From Gammaproteobacteria bacterium (GTDB taxonomy: Bacteria > Pseudomonadota > Gammaproteobacteria > SZUA-21), in NCBI GenBank assembly GCA_003233075.1, contig QIKQ01000062.1, positions 1 to 40,406 on the forward strand: a stretch of 40,406 nucleotides of DNA, written 5' to 3'. Positions 19,313-28,427 of the stretch are shown one piece after another; positions within the stretch are counted from its first letter, which is position 1, and every line of letters starts with the position of its first letter. The position numbers and the translations under genes are program-made. The notes beneath the pieces were generated by a model. The model had not been told where the DNA came from. It ran no database searches and was given only the letters and a program-made list of their open reading frames with translations.

Positions 19313-19867
19313 TTAGCCTTTAATACGTCTTCTACCAAATGCTCCCAGTAGCAACAGACCAAAACCAAACAACAAGATTGTTGATGGCTCTGGAATTGCC
19401 GCAACGTCATAACTCAATCCAGAAATTTGTACGAAACCACCAGCTTCGCGCCATGTTAAGTACGAAATACCTGTGCCTGTTAAAGTTGTAGTTCCTATAC
19501 CAACTCCATTGCTGAAACTATCAAGTAAATTATCCGCCGCATCGTATACATCGATGTAAATAGTGCCAGTAATCGCCCACCATTGCACATCCATTGAATT
19601 AGTTGTCACGCCACCCAGCAAGTCAACACGAGCAATATTTGTTGCACCTACTGGTGCGACAGACAAACCCATTTGATCAAACGTATCGCGCGAATCAGAA
19701 TACCAATATGCATTCGATATGCCGAGACCAAAACTATTCCATTGATTTGTGACGAGATCCGAATTACTAATACCAGGAACTTCTGTGTTATCAAAATTAA
19801 TAGTTACGGCTTGCGCCATGCCTGCAAAAGCAAATAGCAAGACTACGCTACAAAGTATTTTTTTCAT
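19313..19867 (-). CDS. PEP-CTERM sorting-domain secreted protein
   Basis: Signal peptide ...FAGMAQA. C-terminus IPEPSTILLFGFGLLLLGAFGRRRIKG, giving the PEP motif, a TM helix and an Arg cluster. GAGGA RBS. Confidence 0.85.
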   Translation of the reverse strand: MKKILCSVVLLFAFAGMAQAVTINFDNTEVPGISNSDLVTNQWNSFGLGISNAYWYSDSRDTFDQMGLSVAPVGATNIARVDLLGGVTTNSMDVQWWAITGTIYIDVYDAADNLLDSFSNGVGIGTTTLTGTGISYLTWREAGGFVQISGLSYDVAAIPEPSTILLFGFGLLLLGAFGRRRIKG

Positions 19868-20387
19868 TTGTTATTCCTCTAACATTATCGACCTCAAGCT
19901 TCACAGTGAAAAACTAGAAACTAGAAGAGCGAGAAGTACTAAACAATTTAAATCAGACTTCTAAAAGGACAAGTTTTTTACAACCATTTGTAAATAACAG
20001 ACCCTTCAGAACTAAGCAACAAGATTATCAGCTCTTCCTTAAAAAGTATACTTGCTGCAGATGTATTTTATTTATAAAATGGTAGATTAAACTTAACAGA
20101 ATTTAACTTATAATCTTACATCTATTACAAAATAATCTTACTGAACCTTTAATATTTATACGCACATTTAATTTTTCTATATCATCCATTTAAAACTAAT
20201 ACTAATTTCATGCAAATCATATTTTTTAAGTGAACATTAACAAAGTCGGAAAGATTCCTATGGTATATGGGTATAGTCTTCGTCCAATCGCCCCTCCTCT
20301 CTCTTATTTTCTCGATAAATCTTCAACATACGAAAATAGCCTACCAACGAAATCAAAACAGACGCCCCCTTGCCACCGCTAATTTGC

Positions 20388-20409
20388 TCTAAATCGCTGC
20401 ATTTATATT
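20388..20409. repeat. Right arm of the 22-bp perfect inverted repeat
   Basis: tctaaatcgctgcatttatatt is the reverse complement of 18900-18921. Confidence 0.85.
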
Positions 20410-20579
20410 CGAAAGCTGAGAATTCTTAGTCATAGACAAATATCAAATACCAACAGAGTATTTCGGTTTAACTGCCTCATTTTCTTTGCGGCGCTACTTG
20501 CTAGTTTTTGAATTTTATGATAGCTGAAGGTGATTATGCGGGAACGATTTTTCATTGATCGCCAGGCTTTCATCTTTAG

Positions 20580-20768
20580 TTAACCATAGAGATCTTTCCA
20601 ACGACACAAAGTACCCGCTAACTCCATCAAGTCGTCTCTACTGTGTAAGTCACGAATCACAAACTTCACTAGGAACGACAAGCTAGCCGTTCTCAATTCG
20701 ACAAAGAATTCTCGCACGGGCTTTTTGACCAAGACTGTTGGCCCAATCCTCGTGCCAAAGGACGACAT
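20580..20768 (-). pseudogene. Possible IS3-family transposase (OrfB) C-terminal relic
   Basis: The 62-aa ORF has PVREFFVELRTA and HSRDDL...WKDLYG. These loosely resemble the PVESFFGTLKTE and F-TR-EA...FYN tail of IS3-type integrases. There is no DDE core, stops lie upstream in all frames, and a C9 tract lies at 20796-20804. Confidence 0.3.
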
Positions 20769-21142
20769 ACCAGTGGCATTTCTCTATTTTCGGAGCCCCC
20801 CCCCAGGAGGTAATGATGCGTCTGCATTAGTGATTGAAATCATTTTTCTTCCGCTCGGGCAAACAGTGACTTGATGAAAAGTAAAAATGGCTATCGTTAT
20901 TCGCTGTAGATATAACTTTATACCGTCTTGAAAGAGAAAAATTCAGATATATATACTTTAATTGTTGGATTAAAAATACTAGGTATGAGCACAAATTAGC
21001 TGTGTCTAATCTCCTGTATAGGTTGCACCAAATTGCTAGATGCATTAGTATGATCATTAAATAATCACTATAGAATTTAAGCTGCTAACAATTAATTATA
21101 ATTAGAATATCAAGATTGCTACACAAACAAAATCTAAAGAAA

Positions 21143-21721
21143 ATGGAAGTAAAGAAAATCAAAATAAAAACTAAAAAAAATATGCACCACAAATCATTTT
21201 TTAGCTCGAAATTAAATTATTTCTTAGAATTTATATTCGACTTTATACTATTATTTTCTTTATTAGCTTATACCATATTAAAATTTGAATTTACTGGTAT
21301 AGAAATTGTAATTTCAATATTTGCTGGTGCGCTTATATGGACTCTAGTCGAGTATTTATTCCATTATTACATTTTTCATAAAAGCAACTTTCTCGTCTTT
21401 AGAAAGGGCCACGCTAAGCATCACAACGAACCTAAAGGATTTGATTCATTGCCGTTCTTGTTTGTACCGCTATTTGTATTTTTACCCATTTTTGCAATGC
21501 TTAGCTTAATTTTGCCTTTTTCATTGTCCTTATTAGTGACAAGCATAGTTATAGTCGGTTACATATATTATGGACTTTTTCATTTTACAATTCACCATAT
21601 TGATATAAACAATGTTGTCTTTATTAAGTTAAGAAATCATCATGCGATGCATCACAAAAAACCAAGTACAAATTTTGGCGTAACTACCCCTTTATGGGAT
21701 ATTGTATTTAAAACACGTTAG
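21143..21721 (+). CDS. Fatty acid hydroxylase / sterol desaturase superfamily membrane protein
   Basis: His boxes FHYYIFH, HAKHH, HFTIHH and HHAMHH, then NFGVTTPLWDIVF. Four hydrophobic segments. Start uncertain: TTG 21116, ATG 21143 or ATG 21182. Confidence 0.72.
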   Translation: MEVKKIKIKTKKNMHHKSFFSSKLNYFLEFIFDFILLFSLLAYTILKFEFTGIEIVISIFAGALIWTLVEYLFHYYIFHKSNFLVFRKGHAKHHNEPKGFDSLPFLFVPLFVFLPIFAMLSLILPFSLSLLVTSIVIVGYIYYGLFHFTIHHIDINNVVFIKLRNHHAMHHKKPSTNFGVTTPLWDIVFKTR

Positions 21722-22606
21722 TTAACTATTTTCATTAATTTGTCTAAAAAGTAAATCTGCTACCTGCGCGAAATTATCTTCAAGTAAATAGTACTTGCCA
21801 GGGATTAAGCTTAATTTTTCAATACCTAATGTTTCAAGCGCTTTGCTTGCATATTTACTATGCGGTAATATTTTATCGGACTCGCCCCATATTAATTGTT
21901 TTGAAATATTTGTTGATTTAATTTTATTTATATCCAAGCCAAACAACATATTTTTCTTATTTAATTGTTGAAACATTGCGAAGAACTCAAGTCCTTTGTT
22001 ATCGAACTTAAGTAGGCGAATATAATTAGATAATTCAATTTTCTTAAAATGTAATTTATTTTCAATTCCATAACGATTCATGAGAATGCTAAATAAGAAA
22101 GGCGTAAACATCCTCATATAAACATGTCTAACATACGGCCAAGTAAATGGTTGAATAAACCAAGGCAAACTTGTTTCTGACTCCGAGGATAAGCTTGTAT
22201 TTAATATGCTTAACGATAATATTCGTTCTGGTATTTTATTTAATAAATTTAAACTCAGCTGAGCTCCGATGTCATGCCCTAGTATATGAAATTTCTCAAT
22301 TTGTAAACTATCGAGCAGTTTTAATATCCAAGTCGTGTAACCCTCAAGACTGTACTCAAAATACTCTGGCCGTTCACTGAGACCGGTGCCAGGTAAATCA
22401 AATACAACTGCCCTATAATTGTTTTTTTCGATCAAAGGGATTAAATTTCGAAAATAGTATGAACAACCTATTAAGCTAGGCAGACAGAGAACTGCTTCGC
22501 CCTCTCCAGCATCAATTACAAATGCATTTAAATCACCAACAGTCTCTGTAAATCCAGACTGGCAGTGGTAATCGAAATATTCATTATCAGCTAAATTAAA
22601 TATCAT
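21722..22606 (-). CDS. Alpha/beta hydrolase, Asp-nucleophile type (epoxide hydrolase / haloalkane dehalogenase-like)
   Basis: 294 aa. FDLPGTGLSERP followed by HILGHDIGAQ, where Asp occupies the nucleophile-elbow position, as in the GHDWGG family. Confidence 0.75.
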   Translation of the reverse strand: MIFNLADNEYFDYHCQSGFTETVGDLNAFVIDAGEGEAVLCLPSLIGCSYYFRNLIPLIEKNNYRAVVFDLPGTGLSERPEYFEYSLEGYTTWILKLLDSLQIEKFHILGHDIGAQLSLNLLNKIPERILSLSILNTSLSSESETSLPWFIQPFTWPYVRHVYMRMFTPFLFSILMNRYGIENKLHFKKIELSNYIRLLKFDNKGLEFFAMFQQLNKKNMLFGLDINKIKSTNISKQLIWGESDKILPHSKYASKALETLGIEKLSLIPGKYYLLEDNFAQVADLLFRQINENS

Positions 22607-22889
22607 TTTAGGGATTTATCGGCATTATTTTCAAGTTAAATTGGCAGACAAGCTGACATTGCTCTTTAATTAAAATAGCATTTAAATCTTTAAATTCAAG
22701 TAAATGCTGCTTTTTACTTTACCGATGAGTAAGCCTAAATTATTAGCTATTTCCACTAATTGAAAGATGATTTTAAATTAACTATAAGCAACTAGACTGT
22801 CCAAACAATATCGATGATTTTTTACGAGTCACAACTTAGCTAACTAAGACATTTGCCATATAGTCCGCGCCAGACGGGAGAATAGCGCC

Positions 22890-23050
22890 TTATAGGCATC
22901 TCTAATTGTGTCTATTTGCACGCTGGCGGCCGTTGTCGAATTTTTTAAAATGCGGGATCGCGCAGCGATAAACTGCGTGTAAACTGTGCTTTTAAAAAGT
23001 TCTTCGCCTTGCCAGCGCACAAATATCCTAATTTTTAGAGGCGCCCTTAT
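22890..23050. repeat. MITE-like repeat family B, copy 2 (abutting nuoN stop)
   Basis: Same termini and core as 8695-8829, with two internal insertions. TTAT on both flanks. The right-flank tta is the complement of the nuoN TAA stop (23047-23049). Confidence 0.8.
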
Positions 23051-24528
23051 GTTAGTTTAAAAGCAGACCGGCAAAGCTCAATAATCACAAAAGGATAGAA
23101 ACCAAGTGCTAAAATTGCTAAACCATTCAAGCTAATCACTAATTTTGTATCACCACCAACTTCAATTTTAGCAGCTTTGTCATCCTCTACTCGATCAAAA
23201 TACATTAACTTCACGATTCGAATGTAATAGAAGACACCAATAATTGCAAAAAAGACTGCAACTATCGCTAGCCAGGTAAAATGAAACTCAACGGCAGCTT
23301 GTAAAACTAGTAACTTGGCAAAAAATCCAACCGTTGGCGGCACTCCGGCCAAGCTAAACATTATTATTAAAACAATAAATGCGAACCAAGGATTACGTTC
23401 ATTTAAACCTTTAAAGTCTTCCAGATTTTCCGCCTCAAAACCAGAGCGACTAAGAACCAATATCATGCCAAATGCTGCAACGGCAGTAAATGCATAGACC
23501 ATAGTGTAAAACATTGCTGCGGAGTAGCCTTGAGGCTGTGCAGTTAGAATACCAACTAGTATGAAACCGACGTGGGCAATTGTTGAATATGCCAGCATAC
23601 GTTTCAAATTTGTTTGAGCAATAGCAAAAATATTACCAATCGCCATAGATAAAATAGCAAGTATGATTAATAATTCTTGCCAATTTGCAAATAATGGTTG
23701 CATGCCGTCACTAAGAATCCGCATGATCATCGCGAACGCCGCGATTTTTGGAATAGAACCTAAATACATAGTGACGCTTGTTGGTGCACCTTCATATACA
23801 TCAGGTACCCACATATGGAAAGGAACTGCACCTAATTTAAAACCTATGCCAATGACTATAAAAACTAAACCAAAGGACAGGGTTAGTGATCCACCACTGG
23901 CTTGAACATAAGTAAATACTTTATTAAATTCCAATTCACCAGTGACACCGAAAATCATCGATATACCGTAAAGCAGCATGCCAGAGGCAATGGCACCGAG
24001 CACAAAATATTTTATTGCTGCTTCTGTACATTTAGCGCTTTCTCGATTAAACGCAACTAAAGCATACATTGACAAGGCTAATACTTCTAAACCTAGATAG
24101 AGACTTAGGAAACTATAGGATGAAACCATAATCATCATGCCTAATATTCCAATTAAGCTTAATGTAAAATACTCACCTTTATATAAATTTCTAGCCTTTA
24201 AATAATCTTTCGAATAAACAAAAATTAATATGCCAATGAAATAAATACTTATCTTAAGTATGTCTCCCATTGCGTCGCGTACAAAACTGTTATTGAACGT
24301 TGTCACTTTTTCGACACCAGCCATATTCATAACGGTAAAAATAATAAGGCCAACAAGGGTAGCTTGCGTCAATAAATAGGTGATGAATCGAGTTCTGTCA
24401 CTAACAAATAAATCGATCAACAAAATAATACAAATCATCGACAACATCGCCATCTCTGGAATAGCCAGATGATAGAGCGGACTCGGAATAGTAACTGTTG
24501 ATGTTGCTTGTGCTAATAGTGATAACAT
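23047..24528 (-). CDS. nuoN: NADH-quinone oxidoreductase subunit N
   Basis: 493-aa polytopic antiporter-like (ND2-type) protein; last gene in the nuoA-N order. Confidence 0.93.
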   Translation of the reverse strand: MLSLLAQATSTVTIPSPLYHLAIPEMAMLSMICIILLIDLFVSDRTRFITYLLTQATLVGLIIFTVMNMAGVEKVTTFNNSFVRDAMGDILKISIYFIGILIFVYSKDYLKARNLYKGEYFTLSLIGILGMMIMVSSYSFLSLYLGLEVLALSMYALVAFNRESAKCTEAAIKYFVLGAIASGMLLYGISMIFGVTGELEFNKVFTYVQASGGSLTLSFGLVFIVIGIGFKLGAVPFHMWVPDVYEGAPTSVTMYLGSIPKIAAFAMIMRILSDGMQPLFANWQELLIILAILSMAIGNIFAIAQTNLKRMLAYSTIAHVGFILVGILTAQPQGYSAAMFYTMVYAFTAVAAFGMILVLSRSGFEAENLEDFKGLNERNPWFAFIVLIIMFSLAGVPPTVGFFAKLLVLQAAVEFHFTWLAIVAVFFAIIGVFYYIRIVKLMYFDRVEDDKAAKIEVGGDTKLVISLNGLAILALGFYPFVIIELCRSAFKLT

Positions 24529-24536
24529 TTTATGTC

Positions 24537-26123
24537 CTACTTAACTAAATGATCCGCGACTTTAGAATGTACATGTGTCATCAAATCATTGACCGATGTA
24601 TGCATAACCGACGTGAGTGTGTCTGGCCATAATCCAAAAAACAAAACGGTCAAGGCTAAACTTGCTAAGATAATAAATTCTCTGGCGCCAATATCGTGTA
24701 AGGCTTTTACGTTGTCATTGCCGACTTCGCCAAAAACAACTCGTTTGATCATCCATAAGGTATAAGCTGCACCGAGTATTAAAGTGCTAGCAGCAATAAA
24801 GGCAAACCAAAAATTCGCTTTTATAACACCGATAATAATCATAAATTCGCCTACGAAACCTGATGTTCCAGGTAGGCCCGCATTGGCCATGGCGAATAAA
24901 ACAAAAAAAGCAGCAAAGACTGGCATTGTATTCGCGACACCACCATAGTCGGTAATGTCACGACTGTGCATACGATCGTATAACACACCGACACAAAGAA
25001 ACAAGGCGGCAGAAATAAAACCATGCGAAATCATTTGCACTATTCCGCCTTCTACTACTAGTTTTGTAGTTGCTAAAACATCAATAGGGTTTGCCGCTGT
25101 CGTGTGCTCCAAATTGTATTGCATAATAGCAAAAACACTGAATAAACCGAGCGTGACAAAACCCATGTGTGCAATCGAAGAATAAGCAATGAGTTTTTTC
25201 ATGTCTTTTTGCGCAAGCGCAATGAAGCCAATATAGGCGATAGCGACCAAGGACATTAATATAATTAGCCAAGACCAGTCGAAACTAGCCCAAGGAGTAA
25301 TAGGTAAGCTAAAACGTAAAAAGCCATAACCACCGATTTTTAACATGATCGCTGCCAGTATTACCGAGCCACCCGTAGGTGCCTCCACATGCGCATCAGG
25401 TAACCAGGTGTGCACTGGCCACATCGGTACTTTAACCGCAAATGCTGCTAAAAATGCGAAAAATATCCAAGATTGCTGGGTAAGAGTAAGGTCTAAATGG
25501 TAGAAACCGAGAATCGAAAAGCTTTCTTTGCCTTCTGGCATTTGATTGTACAAATAAATCAAGGCTACTAGCATAAAAACTGAGCCCAGGAAGGTATACA
25601 AGAAAAACTTAATTGTCGCGTAGACTCGTCGGGGACCACCCCAAACGCCAATAATTAAGAACATTGGAATTAGCATCGCTTCCCAAAACAAATAAAACAA
25701 AACAGCGTCCAAGGCAGAAAAGACACCTATCATTATGCCTTCCATAATGAGAAAAGCAGCCATGTATTGTTTGGTTTTATATTCAATTACTCGCCAGCCA
25801 GCGAGTATCACTAATATCGAGATAAAGCTAGTTAAGATAATTAATGGCATGGAAATACCATCAACCCCTACATGATAAGTAATATTAAATGCTTCTATCC
25901 AAGGCAGTTTTAATTCGAACTGCGCGCTCGCAGCCGCTGCATTAAATAAACCACTGTGGTTTAAATCAAATCCAGTATATAAAGGTAAACTTAAGGCGAA
26001 AGTCGCTATCGCGAAAATCAGCGCGACTGGGCGTGACATCTTATCACTTGCAAGTAAGGCGAAAACGCCGCCTACAATAGGTAATAAAATTAATATTGTT
26101 AGTATACTTTGGTCAAAACTCAT
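24537..26123 (-). CDS. nuoM: NADH-quinone oxidoreductase subunit M
   Basis: 528 aa, ND4-type. WLPDAHVEAPTGGSVILAAIMLKIGGYG motif. Its ATG overlaps the nuoL stop (ATGA). Confidence 0.95.
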   Translation of the reverse strand: MSFDQSILTILILLPIVGGVFALLASDKMSRPVALIFAIATFALSLPLYTGFDLNHSGLFNAAAASAQFELKLPWIEAFNITYHVGVDGISMPLIILTSFISILVILAGWRVIEYKTKQYMAAFLIMEGIMIGVFSALDAVLFYLFWEAMLIPMFLIIGVWGGPRRVYATIKFFLYTFLGSVFMLVALIYLYNQMPEGKESFSILGFYHLDLTLTQQSWIFFAFLAAFAVKVPMWPVHTWLPDAHVEAPTGGSVILAAIMLKIGGYGFLRFSLPITPWASFDWSWLIILMSLVAIAYIGFIALAQKDMKKLIAYSSIAHMGFVTLGLFSVFAIMQYNLEHTTAANPIDVLATTKLVVEGGIVQMISHGFISAALFLCVGVLYDRMHSRDITDYGGVANTMPVFAAFFVLFAMANAGLPGTSGFVGEFMIIIGVIKANFWFAFIAASTLILGAAYTLWMIKRVVFGEVGNDNVKALHDIGAREFIILASLALTVLFFGLWPDTLTSVMHTSVNDLMTHVHSKVADHLVK

Positions 26124-28093
26124 TTAGTTACACCGTACTCATTCCATATTATCCAACTTAGCATGCCCACTAAGCCTAATATAATTGCAATCGCGTAGTG
26201 ATAAAGATATCCAGTCTGTAAGCGTCGCACTACGCTTGAAAACCATCCAACTGATTTAGCCGATCCATTAACAAAAAAACCATCGATCAGCTTAGCGTCG
26301 CCGTATCGCCATAAAAAGGCACCTAATCGTCGGCTACCACCCGCAAATACTTTCTGATTAAAAGCATCAAAATAATATTTATTAATTAGCAAGGTGTGAA
26401 TTATCTTAAGTTTAGATTGTGCCGCTGCCGCTAGATCAGGTCGTTTAAGAGTGAAAAACCATGCGCTCGCAATTCCAGCCATCGCTAAGAAAAATGGTGG
26501 TTGCATCATACCGTGTATCGTGAAACCAATCACTGATTCAAAATGAATCTTACTCAATGTCGCATGAGCCGCGTCTGTTACTTTGATGGAATCATTAAAG
26601 TAACTACCGAACAACATCGGCTCTATGGCGATGGCACCAATAATAACGGATGGGATCGCAAGTAAAATAAGGGGTGCAGTCACTACCCACGACGATTCCT
26701 TTAGATGGTCTCGCGTATGATCGTCCATTCTTTCTTTACCGTGAAAAACCATAAAAAACATTCGGAAACTGTATAAGGCAGTGATAAAGACACCCGCCAT
26801 TACCGCGAAATAGGCAAAACTAGCTCCCGGAATAGTTGATAAGTGGGTTGCTTCGATTATCGCGTCTTTCGAATAAAAACCGGAAAAGCCTGGAAATCCT
26901 ATTAAGGCTAAGGAACCGATTAAAGCTGTAAAGTAAGTGATCGGCATGTATTTTCTAATATTACCCATTTCACGCATATCTTGCTTGTGATGCATGGCAA
27001 TAATGACCGATCCCGCACCTAAGAATAATAGGGCTTTGAAGAACGCATGTGTCATAAGATGAAAAATCGCGGCGCTGTAAGCTGATGCGCCAAGCGCTAC
27101 TGTCATATAACCTAATTGAGACAAGGTCGAATAGGCAACGACGCGTTTGATATCGTTTTGCACTATGCCAAGGAAACCCATAGACAATGCGGTGATTGCG
27201 CCAATGATCATGACGACGCTCAAGGCAGTCGTTGACAACTCATACAAAGGCGACATTCGAGCTACCATAAATATGCCAGCGGTAACCATTGTTGCAGCAT
27301 GAATCAGCGCGGAAATTGGGGTCGGGCCTTCCATCGAATCAGGCAACCAGACGTGCAGTGGAACTTGAGCCGACTTACCCATTGCACCTATAAACAACAA
27401 GATACAAATAAATGTAATTGCTGACCAGTGAACCCCTGGAAAGATACTAATTGTTTGTTTTTGAAAATCTTCGGTTTGAGCCACAGCGAATACCTTGTCG
27501 TAATCTAATGACCCTGCAAACATTAAAATTGCGGCAATGCCGAGTATAAATCCAAAATCACCAATGCGATTAACCAGAAATGCTTTTAAATTTGCAAATA
27601 TAGCTGTTTCTTTTTTATGCCAAAAGCCAATCAGTAAATACGAGACTAAGCCAACCAATTCCCAGCCAAAAAATAACTGCATAAAATTATTAGCCATGAC
27701 CAGCATAAGCATGGCAAATGTAAAGAGGGCGATATAACAAAAAAAGCGTTGATAACCCGGATCTTCTTTCATGTAACCAATAGTGTAAATGTGCACCATC
27801 AACGAAACAAAGGTGACTACAATTAACATAATCGCAGTTAACTTATCAATTAGAAAACCGACTTGGAAATTAAAACCATCACTTACCATCCAGGTATAAA
27901 TAGTTTGATTCACAGCAGGGGCGGCATCCAAAACTATATGATTGAATATTATGACAGCACATATAAAGGATATCCCCACACCTAAAATAGTGACCCAGTG
28001 CGAGGCTGATCGGCCAATAAACTTGCCAAACAATCCAGCGATAATAGCCCCCACCAGCGGTGCCAAAGGAGTTAATAAATAAATTGAATCCAT
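26120..28093 (-). CDS. nuoL: NADH-quinone oxidoreductase subunit L
   Basis: ND5-type. WLPDSMEGPTPISALIHAATMVTAG motif. Start set to ATG 28093 (MDSIYLLTPL...); the track start at 28105 is GTG. Confidence 0.95.
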   Translation of the reverse strand: MDSIYLLTPLAPLVGAIIAGLFGKFIGRSASHWVTILGVGISFICAVIIFNHIVLDAAPAVNQTIYTWMVSDGFNFQVGFLIDKLTAIMLIVVTFVSLMVHIYTIGYMKEDPGYQRFFCYIALFTFAMLMLVMANNFMQLFFGWELVGLVSYLLIGFWHKKETAIFANLKAFLVNRIGDFGFILGIAAILMFAGSLDYDKVFAVAQTEDFQKQTISIFPGVHWSAITFICILLFIGAMGKSAQVPLHVWLPDSMEGPTPISALIHAATMVTAGIFMVARMSPLYELSTTALSVVMIIGAITALSMGFLGIVQNDIKRVVAYSTLSQLGYMTVALGASAYSAAIFHLMTHAFFKALLFLGAGSVIIAMHHKQDMREMGNIRKYMPITYFTALIGSLALIGFPGFSGFYSKDAIIEATHLSTIPGASFAYFAVMAGVFITALYSFRMFFMVFHGKERMDDHTRDHLKESSWVVTAPLILLAIPSVIIGAIAIEPMLFGSYFNDSIKVTDAAHATLSKIHFESVIGFTIHGMMQPPFFLAMAGIASAWFFTLKRPDLAAAAQSKLKIIHTLLINKYYFDAFNQKVFAGGSRRLGAFLWRYGDAKLIDGFFVNGSAKSVGWFSSVVRRLQTGYLYHYAIAIILGLVGMLSWIIWNEYGVTK

Positions 28094-28108
28094 ATACTCT
28101 TTCACAAC

Positions 28109-28414
28109 TTAGCCCTTCAGTGAGTCAATATCAGCAACATTAATCGTATTTCGATTTCGAAACAAAATAACTATTATTGCTAAACCAATCGCAGCTTCTG
28201 CTGCCGCAACCGTCATTATAAAAAATACAAATACTTGCCCTGCAATTAAACCTTTAAAATATGCAAAGGCTATAAAATTGATATTCACTGCGAGTAACAT
28301 CAATTCAATGCACATAAGCAGGACAATCAAATTCTTTCGATTTAAAAAAATACCGGCAATACTGATACAAAATAGTATTGCTGAAAGTATTAAATAATGA
28401 GTAAGACCTATCAT
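28109..28414 (-). CDS. nuoK: NADH-quinone oxidoreductase subunit K
   Basis: 101 aa, three TM helices, ND4L-type, conserved position. Confidence 0.93.
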   Translation of the reverse strand: MIGLTHYLILSAILFCISIAGIFLNRKNLIVLLMCIELMLLAVNINFIAFAYFKGLIAGQVFVFFIMTVAAAEAAIGLAIIVILFRNRNTINVADIDSLKG

Positions 28415-28427
28415 GATTTCCTCTGTG

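Noticed and set aside
20827-21057. 76-aa minus-strand ORF
   Set aside because: It sits in AT-rich intergenic DNA, has no RBS, gives a low-complexity hydrophobic translation with no recognisable features, and ends beside the decayed IS-like region.
9523-23050. Classical tRNA-integrated genomic island
   Set aside because: There is no integrase or excisionase and no direct repeat of the tRNA 3' end. The accessory DNA lies on the 5' (promoter) side of tRNA-fMet rather than at its 3' end.
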